Origin: Candidatus Velthaea sp.
GTDB taxonomy: Bacteria > Vulcanimicrobiota > Vulcanimicrobiia > Vulcanimicrobiales > Vulcanimicrobiaceae
Direction: 5' to 3'
Length of the DNA: 60,330 bases
Assembly: GCA_965214935.1 (NCBI GenBank)
Contig: CBDCCS010000005.1
Location: 1-60,330, forward strand
Part shown: positions 33,489 to 44,251 of the stretch, one piece after another
How positions within the stretch are numbered: position 1 is the stretch's first letter
How the letters are laid out: the number at the start of each line of letters is the position of its first letter
Position numbers and translations under genes: made by a program
The notes under the pieces: generated by a model
The model's database searches: none
Told to the model about the DNA's origin: nothing
The model's input: only the letters and a program-made list of their open reading frames with translations

Positions 33489-34712
33489 ATGATTTACGAT
33501 ATCGCAGTCGTCGGCGGCGGCATTGTCGGCCTTGCTACTTCGCGCGAACTGCTCGAGCGGTTCCCGGCTCTCAAACTTGCGAATGTCGAAAAAGAGTCGG
33601 ATTGGAACCGTCATCAGACCGGGCGCAATAGCGGTGTCATCCATTCCGGTATTTATTACAAGCCCGGCTCGTTCAAAGCAAAGCTTTGCGTCGAAGGCCG
33701 CAAGCTCGCCTGGGAGTATTGCGAGCGCAAAGGGATCGAATATCGCCAAGTCGGCAAGCTCATCGTTGCAACGGAGCAAAGCGAACTTGGGCGGCTTAAC
33801 GACTTATGGGAACGCGGCCAAGCCAACGGCGTCGAAGGGCTCGAATTACTCGATGCCGATGGAATTCGCGAACGCGAGCCTCACGCGCGCGGCATTAAGG
33901 CGATCTTCTCGCCCGTTACCGGCATTGTCGATTGGGGCTTAGTGTCACGGACGTACGCAAGTGACGTTCGAGACATGGGCGGCGAGCTCTACCTCAACCG
34001 CGAGATCACGAAGATCGAACGCCGCAACGGAATTACGATTTTACATTCGCCCGGCGGCGACATCGAAGCGCGAGCGGTAATCACGTGCGGCGGCTTATAT
34101 TCCGATAAGCTTGCAAAAATGACCGGCGGTACGAACGATCCGAAGATAACGCCGTTTCGCGGCGACTATCTGGTACTCAAGCCGGAGAAAAACTATTTAG
34201 TCAAGGGCAACATTTATCCGGTTCCCGATCCGGAGTTTCCGTTCTTAGGCGTGCACTTCACGCCGCGGATGGACGGATCGATTTGGCTAGGACCGAATGC
34301 CGTGCCCGCTTTTGCGCGTGAGGGCTATTCATTCTTTACCGTTAATTTACCGGAATTTTGGGATTTAATCAGCTATCCCGGCTTTCTCAAAATGGCGACA
34401 AAGTATTGGAAAATGGGCGCCGGCGAAATCTATCGCGATCTCGTGCGTCCGGCCTACGTCAAAGCGCTTCAGCGCTATATTCCCGAACTGCAACCCGACG
34501 ATTGTCTTCCGGGGCCGTCCGGCGTGCGAGCGCAAGCAATGGCGGCCGACGGTACGCTCGTCGATGACTTTATTTTCGAGGGCGCCGATGGAATCGTGCA
34601 CGTTCGCAATGCGCCGTCACCGGCTGCGACGTCGTCGCTGGCAATCGGGAAATATATCGTCGACGATGCCGAGCAGCGCTTCGACCTGCGTCGGACGGTC
34701 GTCCCGGTGTAA
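33489..34712 (+). CDS. lhgO: L-2-hydroxyglutarate oxidase
   Basis: HQTGRNSGVIHSGIYYKPGSFKA, IYPVPDPEFPFLGVHFT, GVRAQA, NAPSPAATSSL. Confidence 0.92.
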   Translation: MIYDIAVVGGGIVGLATSRELLERFPALKLANVEKESDWNRHQTGRNSGVIHSGIYYKPGSFKAKLCVEGRKLAWEYCERKGIEYRQVGKLIVATEQSELGRLNDLWERGQANGVEGLELLDADGIREREPHARGIKAIFSPVTGIVDWGLVSRTYASDVRDMGGELYLNREITKIERRNGITILHSPGGDIEARAVITCGGLYSDKLAKMTGGTNDPKITPFRGDYLVLKPEKNYLVKGNIYPVPDPEFPFLGVHFTPRMDGSIWLGPNAVPAFAREGYSFFTVNLPEFWDLISYPGFLKMATKYWKMGAGEIYRDLVRPAYVKALQRYIPELQPDDCLPGPSGVRAQAMAADGTLVDDFIFEGADGIVHVRNAPSPAATSSLAIGKYIVDDAEQRFDLRRTVVPV

Positions 34713-34714
34713 TC

Positions 34715-35575
34715 GTGCCCGATCCGTTCGTCGAAGTTTCCTGGCTGTTGAAATACATCGGCGATCCGCGGTTGCGTATCGTCGATGCGCGCAACATTCC
34801 GCACGGTGCCCCGTCGGCAGCGCCGACCGGGCCGCAAGAGTACGCTGCGGGCCATATCCGCGCTGCAATCTATCTCGATTACGCACAAGAACTCGGCGAT
34901 CCGGCGACGCCCTATGCAGCACGTATCGCGCCGGCCGAAACGTTCGCACGAACCGTCGGAGCAAAAGGTATCGGTAGCGACGCGATCGTCGTCGCCTATG
35001 ACGCAGCCACCGTTCCTTACGCTGCGCGTATCGTTTGGAATTTTCGGTATTACGGTCACGTCGCTGCCTATGTCCTGGCGGGAGGTTTGCCGGCGTGGAT
35101 TGCGGCCGGACAAGCCGTAACCACCGAGATGCCGGACTTTGCGCCGGCAACCTTTCGCGCTATCGAACAACCTCGCGTGCGCGCAACCCGGTCCGAAGTG
35201 CTCGATGCAATCGCCGGCCGTTCGCCCGCGCAGTTGCTCGAAACGCAGCGCGATACCACGTACGCGTTGCGCGATGAGGATATCGCGGGCTTCGTGCGGT
35301 TATCCGGTTCGCAGTTGCTCGACGATCGGCGTGGCGGACGAATGGCCGACCCGGACGTCGTTGCACGATTGATTGCCGAGCGTGGCCTAGATCGTACGCA
35401 GCGCACGATCGTCTCGTGCGGCAGCGGTGTTTCAGCGGCCGGTTCTTACTTCGCGCTCAAAGCGGCCGGCTTTACCGATGTTGCCGTCTACGACGGTTCG
35501 TGGCTCGAGTGGAAGCACGACGCGTTGCCGGTGGTTGCAAAGCCGGCCGTCAGCGCCACGCCGGGCGCGCCTTAA
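34715..35575 (+). CDS. Two-domain rhodanese/3-mercaptopyruvate sulfurtransferase
   Basis: YAAGHI, LAGGLPAW, active-site loop CGSGVSA, YDGSWLEW. Confidence 0.9.
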   Translation: MPDPFVEVSWLLKYIGDPRLRIVDARNIPHGAPSAAPTGPQEYAAGHIRAAIYLDYAQELGDPATPYAARIAPAETFARTVGAKGIGSDAIVVAYDAATVPYAARIVWNFRYYGHVAAYVLAGGLPAWIAAGQAVTTEMPDFAPATFRAIEQPRVRATRSEVLDAIAGRSPAQLLETQRDTTYALRDEDIAGFVRLSGSQLLDDRRGGRMADPDVVARLIAERGLDRTQRTIVSCGSGVSAAGSYFALKAAGFTDVAVYDGSWLEWKHDALPVVAKPAVSATPGAP

Positions 35576-36327
35576 CGGCCGGCGCCGATTTTCGGCGGCG
35601 GCATACCGGTACCGAGTCCGCCGTCGACGCCGAGTATCTGGCCGGTCGTCCAAGCGGCTTCGTCGCTTAAAAAATACATGACGGCCGGCGCAATGTCGGC
35701 CGGTTCGCCGATGCGTCCGAGCGGATGCATCGAAACCGATGCTGCAAGCATCGCCTCATTCTGCCAGAGACTTTTTGAAAGTTCGGTGCGCGTGAGTGCC
35801 GGCGCGACTGCGTTGACCCGGATACCGTAGCGTGCGTAACTGATCGCTGCGGAACGCACGAGACCTTCGACTGCGGATTTCGCGGCTGCGATCGACTCGT
35901 GATTCTGTAAGCCGGTCGACGTTGCGACGGTAGAAAAGAGGACGACATTGCCACGCTTACGCCGCATGAACAACGGCATGAGATTGCGCATAACAATGAA
36001 GGCACTCGTCGCATTGATTTCGAGCGTGTTATGCCAATCTTCAAGTGATGTGGCATGTAAGGGCCGCAAGAAAACGCTTCCGACTGCGTGTACGACGGCA
36101 TCGATCGGGCCGACTTCCGTTTCGATCGTGCGGACGACCTCGGCGAAGCCGTCGTTATCGAGAACGTTGCCCGGAAACGCGTGGCCACCGACTGCCGCCG
36201 CTACCGCTTGCAAGCGCTCCGCATCGCGCGCGACAAGTACCGGTCGATCGCCCGCGGCATTCACCCGCCGCGCGACCTCGGCGCCGATTCCGCCCGAACC
36301 ACCGGTGATCAAAACGATTTTGCTCAT
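35572..36327 (-). CDS. SDR family NAD(P)-dependent oxidoreductase
   Basis: TGGSGGIG, VNAVAP, GQILGVDGG; the YxxxK position reads IAAAK. Confidence 0.9.
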   Translation of the reverse strand: MSKIVLITGGSGGIGAEVARRVNAAGDRPVLVARDAERLQAVAAAVGGHAFPGNVLDNDGFAEVVRTIETEVGPIDAVVHAVGSVFLRPLHATSLEDWHNTLEINATSAFIVMRNLMPLFMRRKRGNVVLFSTVATSTGLQNHESIAAAKSAVEGLVRSAAISYARYGIRVNAVAPALTRTELSKSLWQNEAMLAASVSMHPLGRIGEPADIAPAVMYFLSDEAAWTTGQILGVDGGLGTGMPPPKIGAGR

Positions 36328-36363
36328 GCGCCCCTTAGACGTCTCACGGTTGGGCGAACGCCG

Positions 36364-37167
36364 TTAGACCGCTGCACGCAGCGCCGCGACATAGGCGAAC
36401 GCCGCATGCGCGGCCGCTTCCCCGCGACGGTCGCCGATTGCATCGATGAGCGCACTGCCGACGATAACGCCGTCAGCGATACCCGCGACACGCCGAACGT
36501 GCTCGGGGGTCGAGATACCGAAGCCGACGGCGATCGGTTTGGACGAACACGATCGCAATCGTGCAACGGCGCCGGCGATCCAATCGACGTCGGGTTCGCG
36601 CCGGGCGCCGGTTACTCCCAAGCGCGAGACGACGTAGGTAAACCCGTCGGTTTGAGCGGCGATGGCCGCGGCTCGCGCAGGCGGCGTTGTTGGTGCCACG
36701 AGCAGCGGAATACCGAGTCCGAATGCGTGAAAAGCCGGCCGGAACTCGTCGAGTTCTTCGAGCGGTACATCCGGAACGATCGCTCCGAGCGCACCGGCTG
36801 CATGCGCGGCCGAAGCAAAGCGTTCGGTCCCGTATTGCGCTATCGGATTGACGTAAGAGAAGAAAATGATCGGTGCGCTCTTGCGTTGAGCGGCGGCAGC
36901 GGCAAGCCGAATCGTCGCGTCCAGCGTTGCTCCTGCATGAAGTGCACGCTGGCCGGCGGCCGCAATCGTCGGACCGTCGGCAAGCGGATCTCCATACGGA
37001 ATCCCAAGTTCGATGAGATCGGCACCGGCCGCCGTGATCGCATCGATGATGAGCGCACTTGTTTGCAGATCCGGGTCGCCCGCCATCAGATAGAGAATCA
37101 GCGCGGCTCGCTGCTCGGCCCGCGGCCGGGCAAAGATCGAGCCGATGCGATCGATGCCGGCAATCAC
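36364..37167 (-). CDS. trpA: Tryptophan synthase alpha subunit
   Basis: [45 protein letters not shown]. Confidence 0.97.
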   Translation of the reverse strand: MIAGIDRIGSIFARPRAEQRAALILYLMAGDPDLQTSALIIDAITAAGADLIELGIPYGDPLADGPTIAAAGQRALHAGATLDATIRLAAAAAQRKSAPIIFFSYVNPIAQYGTERFASAAHAAGALGAIVPDVPLEELDEFRPAFHAFGLGIPLLVAPTTPPARAAAIAAQTDGFTYVVSRLGVTGARREPDVDWIAGAVARLRSCSSKPIAVGFGISTPEHVRRVAGIADGVIVGSALIDAIGDRRGEAAAHAAFAYVAALRAAV

Positions 37168-38363
37168 ACGAAGGCCGGCTGCTCTTGCCGATCGAGTGCA
37201 GCAACCGTGCGCGTATCCTTATCGCCGCGTCCGCTTAAATTGACGAGAACGAGACCCGCGGGGCCGCGTTCGACGGCAAGTCTGCGCGCAAACGCGATTG
37301 CATGCGCGGTTTCAAGCGCCGGCACGATACCCTCCCGCAAAGCCATTTGATGGTATGCATCGAGCGCTTCGGCATCGTCGACCGGCACGTACGTCGCGCG
37401 ACCGCTATCTTTGAGAAATGCATGTTCCGGCCCGACACCCGGATAATCGAGGCCGGCACTGATCGAATGCGTGTCGCGAACTTGACCTTCGGGCGACTGC
37501 AGAACGTACGAGCGCGAACCGTGTAAGATACCGACCGTTCCGGCACTCAAACTTGCGGCCGTATCGATCGCCGAAACGCCGTGACCGGACGCTTCGACAC
37601 CCCAAAGACGAACGTCGGCGTCGGCAACGAAACCCGCGAAGATACCCATTGCATTACTTCCGCCACCGACGCACGCGACGACATCGGTCGGAAGCCGCCC
37701 GTAACGCTCGCGCATTTGTGCCCGCGCTTCGACGCCGATGACCTTCTGAAATTCACGCACCATATATGGATACGGATGTGCGCCTACAACACTGCCGATG
37801 ATGTAGAACGTATCTTCAACGCGTGCCGCCCATTCTCGAAACGCTTCGTTGGTAGCATCCTTGAGCGTTGCCGTGCCGCCTTCGACGGCATGCACGGTCG
37901 CGCCGAGCAGCTTCATCACATACACATTGAGCGACTGCCGCTCGACGTCGACGGCCCCCATGTAGATGTCGACCGGAATGCCGAGTTTCGCACCGATGGT
38001 TGCCGTCGCCACGCCGTGCTGCCCGGCACCTGTCTCGGCAATGATGCGCTTCTTGCCCATGCGCTGCGCGAGCAGCGCTTGTCCGACGGTGTTGTTGATT
38101 TTATGTGCGCCGGTGTGATTGAGATCTTCGCGTTTGAAAACGATCGTTGCACCGGCTCGATCGAGTAGCCGTCCGGCGGCGTAAATCGGCGAAGGCCGGC
38201 CGACGTAATCGCGCAAGATTGCGTGATAATCCGACCAAAATTGGGCGTCGCCGAACGCTTCATTCATCGCCGACTCGAGCTGAGCGAGTGCTTCGATCAA
38301 CACTTCGGGAACGAATTTGCCGCCGAAACGGCCGAAGTATCCGCGGGCATCAGGCTTGTTCAT
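37164..38363 (-). CDS. trpB: Tryptophan synthase beta subunit
   Basis: [48 protein letters not shown]. Confidence 0.98.
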   Translation of the reverse strand: MNKPDARGYFGRFGGKFVPEVLIEALAQLESAMNEAFGDAQFWSDYHAILRDYVGRPSPIYAAGRLLDRAGATIVFKREDLNHTGAHKINNTVGQALLAQRMGKKRIIAETGAGQHGVATATIGAKLGIPVDIYMGAVDVERQSLNVYVMKLLGATVHAVEGGTATLKDATNEAFREWAARVEDTFYIIGSVVGAHPYPYMVREFQKVIGVEARAQMRERYGRLPTDVVACVGGGSNAMGIFAGFVADADVRLWGVEASGHGVSAIDTAASLSAGTVGILHGSRSYVLQSPEGQVRDTHSISAGLDYPGVGPEHAFLKDSGRATYVPVDDAEALDAYHQMALREGIVPALETAHAIAFARRLAVERGPAGLVLVNLSGRGDKDTRTVAALDRQEQPAFV

Positions 38364-38991
38364 CGGCTTCTTTCACAGCGCGCACGAACGCACGCATCTT
38401 ATTGCGATCTTTGACGCCGCCCGTCTCGACACCCGAGCGGACATCGACGCCGTACGGACGTACCCGCCGGATGCATGAACCGACGTTTTCCGGCGTCAAA
38501 CCGCCGCTGATGATCACGTGCCGTTCGGCGGCAATTTGACGCGCAACCGCCCAATCAAAGGTGCGCCCGGTTCCGCCGCGTTTACCATCGACGGCCGTAT
38601 CGAACATCCACGTCGCGTGAAGAAACGGACCGGCGACGCGCGCAAAGTCGGCTACCGCCGCAGCCGACGTGTCAGGAGTGACATGCTGAACTTTAATGTA
38701 CGTTCCCGCGGCGCCGGTTTCACACAGTTCCGCCGATTCATTACCGCTGAACTGCGGCGTAAAGCCCGCGGCGCGAGCCTGGTCGACATCCACGACAGCC
38801 GGATCGACAAACACACCGACGAGGGTAACGTACGCCGGAACGGACGCGGCAATCTCACGTCCCTGCTCGAGCGTTACTGCGCGCGGACTCAGCGCAGTAA
38901 AAATGACGCCGATCGCATCGACGCCGCATTCGACCGCTAACTCGGCATCGCGAACGGTCATGCAGCCGCAGATCTTGATGCGAGTGCGCAC
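38350..38991 (-). CDS. trpF: Phosphoribosylanthranilate isomerase
   Basis: [31 protein letters not shown]. Confidence 0.96.
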   Translation of the reverse strand: MRTRIKICGCMTVRDAELAVECGVDAIGVIFTALSPRAVTLEQGREIAASVPAYVTLVGVFVDPAVVDVDQARAAGFTPQFSGNESAELCETGAAGTYIKVQHVTPDTSAAAVADFARVAGPFLHATWMFDTAVDGKRGGTGRTFDWAVARQIAAERHVIISGGLTPENVGSCIRRVRPYGVDVRSGVETGGVKDRNKMRAFVRAVKEADEQA

Positions 38992-38994
38992 CGG

Positions 38995-39789
38995 CTAGAC
39001 CGGAACCGATACGCCTTTGAGCGCGCGCACCGCCTGGGCGCGATCGTCCGATCGCATTAGCGATTCGCCGACGAGAAAGCCGCGAGCACCGGCGGCAAAT
39101 AACGGCCGAATGTCATCTTGCGTTCGTAGTCCGCTCTCGCTGATAACGATCGTACCCGCCGGAACGAGCGGCAGCAATTCGGCGGTCACGGCTAAGTTGG
39201 TTTCAAACGTACGCAGGTCGCGATTGTTGACGCCGAGCAAAACAGCGCCGGCGGCAACGGCGCGGGTAAGTTCCGCCTCGTTGTGCACTTCGACGAGTAC
39301 ATCGAGGTGATAGCGCGCCGCCTCATCGATCATCGCGCTTATTTCATCGTCACGCAGCCCGGCGACGATCGCCAACACCGCATCGGCGCCATACGCCGCC
39401 GCTTGCGCGACGTCGTAGCGGGTGCTCAAAAAGTCTTTGCGCAAAATCGGCAAGCGCGCTGCGCTTCGGACGACGTCGAGATACGCCAGGTCGCCCAGAA
39501 AGTGATCGGCTTCGGTCAGCACGCTGATCGCATCGGCTCCGGCCGCTTCGTACTCGCGTGCGACTTGTGCCGGATCGAGCGAGCGCACGATCAACCCGAG
39601 CGATGGTGAAGCGCGTTTGATCTCCGCGATAATTGCCGGCCCGCTCGCTGCTGCGAGCGCTGCACGAAACGGCCGCCGTTCGGCATACCGGTTTGCGGCC
39701 CGCTCGCGAACGATCCGGAACGGCTCGCGCAATTCATCGGCCTCGCGGACGCGCGCTTTTGCCGCGTACAGCTTTTCGAGCATGTCCAT
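38995..39789 (-). CDS. trpC: Indole-3-glycerol phosphate synthase
   Basis: IIAEIKRASPS, ISVLTE, LRKDF, GVNNRDL, ISESG, LVGESLM; start at ATG 39789. Confidence 0.96.
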   Translation of the reverse strand: MDMLEKLYAAKARVREADELREPFRIVRERAANRYAERRPFRAALAAASGPAIIAEIKRASPSLGLIVRSLDPAQVAREYEAAGADAISVLTEADHFLGDLAYLDVVRSAARLPILRKDFLSTRYDVAQAAAYGADAVLAIVAGLRDDEISAMIDEAARYHLDVLVEVHNEAELTRAVAAGAVLLGVNNRDLRTFETNLAVTAELLPLVPAGTIVISESGLRTQDDIRPLFAAGARGFLVGESLMRSDDRAQAVRALKGVSVPV

Positions 39790-39790
39790 C

Positions 39791-40813
39791 TTAGGCGTAC
39801 TCCATTTCATGCGCGGCGCGCAAAGCATCCAGCGCGGCGAGCGCCGCCCCCGAAGCAAGGCTGGATCGCGCGCGCGCGAGACCGTCGGCGACATCCACGG
39901 CTTCATTGCCGACGACAAGCGCCAAGGCGGCATTGAGCGCGACGACGTCAGCACGCGGCGAACATTCGCCGGCGAGAATGGCAAGTAACGCCCGAGCGTT
40001 GGCGGCAGCGTCACCACCGCGAAGGTCGGCAACCGATGTGCTGATACCATAGTCGGCCGGCACGAGCGTCCAGCGGCGTAGTCCGTGGCCATCGAACTGC
40101 ACGACGCGAGTCGGTGCATCACCGGCAACTTCGTCCAGCCCGTTTTCGGCATGGATGACGGCCGCGCCGGCCGTGCCGAGTTCGCGCAAGGCGGCCGATA
40201 AGAGCTCGAGATGTGCTTTCGACGCGACGCCGACGACCTGGTGCGTTGCGCCCGCGGGGTTCGTCAACGGCCCGAGCACATTGAAGATCGTTCGTACGCC
40301 GAGTTCGCGCCGCACGGGGCCCACGGCGCGCATCGCCGGATGATAATGCTGCGCGAACAAAAACGCGATGTTGGCCGATCGCAACAAATGCGCCGACGCA
40401 GCAGCCGAGCGTTCGAGCCGAACACCCAGCGCTTCGAGCACGTCGGCGCTTCCGCAGGCGCTGGACGCGGCCCGGTTGCCGTGCTTAGCGACCGCCACCC
40501 CGGCACCCGCAACGACAAGTGCTGCGGCGGTCGAAATGTTCAGCGTGTGCGCGCCGTCGCCGCCCGTTCCGCAAACATCGATGACGAGCGGCAACTCATG
40601 TACGACGTGCAAGCTTCGCTCGCGCATCGCCCGCGCGGCGCCGACGACCTCATGCGCGGTCTCGCCTTTCGCAGCGAGCGCCGCGAGCAGTGCGGCGGCG
40701 CGTACCGCTGAGATCGTTTCGTCCATAATCGCGCCGATAACCCGCGTTGCGCCGGCTGCATCGAGGTCGACGCCGGCCAACAACGATCGGAGAACGGACG
40801 GATAATCTTTCAC
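39791..40813 (-). CDS. trpD: Anthranilate phosphoribosyltransferase
   Basis: DVCGTGGDG, NIST, KHGNRAASS, RTIFNVLGPLTNP; GTGA overlap with trpG. Confidence 0.96.
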   Translation of the reverse strand: MKDYPSVLRSLLAGVDLDAAGATRVIGAIMDETISAVRAAALLAALAAKGETAHEVVGAARAMRERSLHVVHELPLVIDVCGTGGDGAHTLNISTAAALVVAGAGVAVAKHGNRAASSACGSADVLEALGVRLERSAAASAHLLRSANIAFLFAQHYHPAMRAVGPVRRELGVRTIFNVLGPLTNPAGATHQVVGVASKAHLELLSAALRELGTAGAAVIHAENGLDEVAGDAPTRVVQFDGHGLRRWTLVPADYGISTSVADLRGGDAAANARALLAILAGECSPRADVVALNAALALVVGNEAVDVADGLARARSSLASGAALAALDALRAAHEMEYA

Positions 40814-41391
40814 CCGAGCAACGCTAAAAAGTTCGCTGCAAGCGTCGGACCTTCGGCGGTCAGAATCGATTCTGGATGAAACTGCACGGCGAAAATCGGC
40901 AGCTCGCGATGCTGCAAGCCTTGAATGACGCCGTCGTCGCTCACGGCGTTGGCGTGTAAAACGGCGGGAAAGCGATCGTGCGCAACGCACAGCGAATGGT
41001 AACGGGTGGCGGCGAACGCGGGGGGAAGACCGCGAAAAACGCCGCTTCCATCGTGAGTGATCGTCGACGTCTTCCCGTGCATGAGTGCCGGCGCATGGAC
41101 GACATCCCCGCCGAAAACTTCGCCGACGGCTTGCAAGCCCAGACAGACACCGAAGAGCGGTCGCCGCATATCGGCCGCTTCGCGAACGATCGCCGGCGTG
41201 CGCCCGGCATCCGCCGGACGTCCCGGACCAGGCCCGATGACGATGCCGTCGTAGACGGCCGGCACGCCGGCAGCAAGCCGGACATCGTCGTTGCGAATGA
41301 CATCGACGTTCGCTCCGGCCGTCCCGAACAAGTGTGCCAGGATATGCGTGAACGAGTCGTAGTTATCGACGAGCAGCAGCCGCGGTGTCAT
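40810..41391 (-). CDS. trpG: Anthranilate synthase component II (glutamine amidotransferase)
   Basis: DNYDSFT, GPGPG, GVCLG, RYHSL, QFHPES; ATGA overlap with trpE. Confidence 0.96.
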   Translation of the reverse strand: MTPRLLLVDNYDSFTHILAHLFGTAGANVDVIRNDDVRLAAGVPAVYDGIVIGPGPGRPADAGRTPAIVREAADMRRPLFGVCLGLQAVGEVFGGDVVHAPALMHGKTSTITHDGSGVFRGLPPAFAATRYHSLCVAHDRFPAVLHANAVSDDGVIQGLQHRELPIFAVQFHPESILTAEGPTLAANFLALLG

Positions 41392-42761
41392 CGGTCGAGT
41401 CCGAGCACCGCGCGCACGATCGCCGTTTTTTGAAAAACTTCGTCGTACTCCGCCTGCGGATCGCTGTCGGCGACGATTCCCGCCGATGCCTGCCAATACG
41501 CCCGGCCGTTCGCCGTGGTTACACTGCGCAAAATAATGCACGAATCCATGTCGCCGTCGAAGTCGATGTGCGCCACGCTGCCGGCGTACAAACCGCGGGC
41601 AACGGGCTCGAGTTCATCGATGATCTGCATCGCGCGAATCTTCGGTGTTCCGGTAACCGTGCCGGCCGGAAAGGCCGCCGCAAAGAGATCGAGCGCATCG
41701 TGCTCGGGTCGTAAGGTTCCAACGACGTTCGAGACGATATGCATGACGTGCGAGTAGCGTTCGATGCGCATTAACTCGTCGACGCGTACGCTGCCCACGG
41801 TGCAGACCGCCGCCAGATCGTTACGGCCGAGATCGACGAGCATGATATGCTCGGCGCGCTCTTTTGCGTTTCCAAGTAAATCCACCGCGACGTCCGTATC
41901 GCGCTGCGGATCGCTGTGCCGGGGACGCGTTCCCGCTAAAGGACGAATGCGCGCCGCGGTTCCGTCGAGACGGACTAAGAATTCCGGCGAAGCGCCGAAC
42001 ACCGCTTCGTCACCATGCTCGATATAGAACATATACGGCGACGGGTTGCGGGCGCGAATATGCCGGTAAAAATCGAACGATGTTCCGCCGCCGATCGCGG
42101 CCGAAAAGCGGATACCGAGTTGCAACTGATAACAGTCGCCTTCGTAAATCGCCGCTTTGGCCCGCGCGACACGCGCGAGATACGCCGCGCGGTCGAGCGA
42201 TTGCGTCACCTCGCCGACGGCGCGCAGCTCGGATGGAATCGTTGCGCGAGCGGCAAGGAGCCGCTCGATGTACATTTCGAGCTTGGCGGCGACCGTTGCT
42301 TCGTCACTCGGGTTGCGTGCAAAACCGATGAGCGTCAAGCGATGCGTGAAGTGATCGAACACCAGCCACGTTCCGGGGATAACGACCAGCGCGTCGGAAA
42401 ACGGGACGTCGACCGGTGGTTTGTGCCCGATTTTCTCAAGCTGTCGGGCAGCATCGTAGCTGAATACGCAGACCGCGCCGCCGGGAAACGGCAACGCCGA
42501 CGTGTCGATCCGGTACGTCGCGATCAACGCGCGGATCTCGTCGAGCATGTGTGGCCGATTATCGTACGTCTGTGACGTTAAATAATCGATACCGATGAAC
42601 GAATAACGCGAGATGCGGTCCGTGCCTTCGACAGACTCCAAAAGACAGGCGCGGCCCGGCGTGGCCAACGCAAGATACGCCTGTATCGGTGTCAGCGAAT
42701 CAGCAACAAACGAGCGCGTCACCGCGTGCAAATGTTGCGGCTGCTCAGCCGTTTGAATCAT
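41388..42761 (-). CDS. trpE: Anthranilate synthase component I
   Basis: LLES, NPSPYM, ASPEFL, PLAGTRPR, EHIMLVDLGRND, FPAGTVTGTPK. Confidence 0.96.
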   Translation of the reverse strand: MIQTAEQPQHLHAVTRSFVADSLTPIQAYLALATPGRACLLESVEGTDRISRYSFIGIDYLTSQTYDNRPHMLDEIRALIATYRIDTSALPFPGGAVCVFSYDAARQLEKIGHKPPVDVPFSDALVVIPGTWLVFDHFTHRLTLIGFARNPSDEATVAAKLEMYIERLLAARATIPSELRAVGEVTQSLDRAAYLARVARAKAAIYEGDCYQLQLGIRFSAAIGGGTSFDFYRHIRARNPSPYMFYIEHGDEAVFGASPEFLVRLDGTAARIRPLAGTRPRHSDPQRDTDVAVDLLGNAKERAEHIMLVDLGRNDLAAVCTVGSVRVDELMRIERYSHVMHIVSNVVGTLRPEHDALDLFAAAFPAGTVTGTPKIRAMQIIDELEPVARGLYAGSVAHIDFDGDMDSCIILRSVTTANGRAYWQASAGIVADSDPQAEYDEVFQKTAIVRAVLGLDR

Positions 42762-42824
42762 GTCCGTCTCTTCGCAACGTTCGGCGAAGCTCCGCGTAGC
42801 TCCGGCCGCGCCCGCGCGCAGACG

Positions 42825-43178
42825 CTACTTGACGAGTTCTAAAAAAGACAACTCGGCCGCATCGCCGGGACGCACGCGCGATTTGGTGATGCGCGTGTAA
42901 CCGCCGCTGCGATCTTTGTACTGCGGCGCGATTTGTTCGACGAGTTTCTTGACCACGCGCGGGTCAAAGAGGTATTCGGCGACCTGACGGCGCGAGTGCA
43001 GGTCACCGTTGCGAGCAACGGTGATCAAACGCTCGGCCACCTTCGAGATTTCTTTTGCTTTCGTCGTCGTGGTCTCGATCTTCTCGTGCAAGAAAAACGA
43101 TGTCGCGAGGTTGCGCAGCAACGCCCTGCGATGACCGTCGGTGCGTGACAGGCGCTTTTTCGAGATTTGATGCGGCAT
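42825..43178 (-). CDS. rplQ: 50S ribosomal protein L17
   Basis: HRRALLRNLA, IETTTTKAK, RSGGYTRI; follows rpoA. Confidence 0.97.
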   Translation of the reverse strand: MPHQISKKRLSRTDGHRRALLRNLATSFFLHEKIETTTTKAKEISKVAERLITVARNGDLHSRRQVAEYLFDPRVVKKLVEQIAPQYKDRSGGYTRITKSRVRPGDAAELSFLELVK

Positions 43179-43226
43179 TTCGATGGTACTCGCTGTCGTA
43201 TCGGACGGCGCCTCGGCGCCGCCGCA

Positions 43227-44153
43227 TTACGATTGACGCAGCGAGAGATTCCTTTCTTCGAGTACTTGCTTGATCTCGTCGAGCGACTTCTTGCCGAAAT
43301 TTCGCATCTTGATAATCTCGTCTTCGCTCATATCGAGCAATTCGGAGACCTTCGAGATGCCGGCGCGCTTGAGACAATTGAACGACCGGACCGACAGATT
43401 GAGCGTCTCGACCGGGACGTCCCACTCCGAGGCGGGAGCCGTTTGCACCGGCTTCTCTTCGGTCGAGAAACTGGTGAAAAGCGCGAGCTGGTCGGACAGA
43501 ATATCAGCTGCCGAGGACAAGGCATCATCGGGCGTAATCGAGCCGTTCGTCTCGATTTCGATCGTAAGCCGATCGAAATCGACAACCTGCCCGACGCGCG
43601 TATCGTCGACCGAAAAATTGACCTTACGTATCGGCGAGAAGATCGAGTCCATCGGAATCAAACCGATCATATGCTCGATGTTCCGCTGACGATCGGCCGT
43701 AACGTAGCCGCGATGCTTCTCGACCCCGATCTCCATCTGAATCTTGGCGGCCTTGGTCGTCAGGGTCGCAATGTGATAGTTCGGGTTGAGGATCTCGACG
43801 TCGGCGTCCGGAGCGATGTCGCCCGCCGTCACCTCTTTGGGACCCTGAACGTTGAGCGATAGCACTTTGGGGTCGTCCGAGTTGAGTTTGATCGGCAAGC
43901 CCTTGAGATTGAGCAACAAATCCGTGGTGTCTTCGGTGACGCCGGGAATGGTTGAAAACTCGTGCAGCACGCCGTCGATCTTCACGTACGTTACCGCTGC
44001 GCCCGGGATGCTCGAGAGCAACACCCGCCGGAGCGAATTGCCCAGCGTTATACCGAAGCCGCGTTCAAGCGGCTCGATGACGAATTTCGCGTAGTTGTCG
44101 CGACGCTCGCGAACTTCGATTTGCGCGCCTTGCGGCGTTTCGAGAACGGTCAT
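43227..44153 (-). CDS. rpoA: RNA polymerase alpha subunit
   Basis: EPLERGFGITLGNSLRRVLLSS, LSVRSFNCLKRAG, NFGKKSLDEI. Confidence 0.99.
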   Translation of the reverse strand: MTVLETPQGAQIEVRERRDNYAKFVIEPLERGFGITLGNSLRRVLLSSIPGAAVTYVKIDGVLHEFSTIPGVTEDTTDLLLNLKGLPIKLNSDDPKVLSLNVQGPKEVTAGDIAPDADVEILNPNYHIATLTTKAAKIQMEIGVEKHRGYVTADRQRNIEHMIGLIPMDSIFSPIRKVNFSVDDTRVGQVVDFDRLTIEIETNGSITPDDALSSAADILSDQLALFTSFSTEEKPVQTAPASEWDVPVETLNLSVRSFNCLKRAGISKVSELLDMSEDEIIKMRNFGKKSLDEIKQVLEERNLSLRQS

Positions 44154-44251
44154 GATGTTGTCGGTCTTTCTCCGTTTACGTTATCCGCCCACATGGGACG
44201 ATCGGACGCCTAACGGAACGAGGGAATGATACCGCCGTCGAGCGGGCGTGA

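Noticed and set aside
36088..37350. 420-aa plus-strand ORF and similar long antisense ORFs (3964-4758, 58645-59664)
   Set aside because: Shadow ORFs opposite trpA/SDR, ftsZ and rpsC, typical of high-GC DNA
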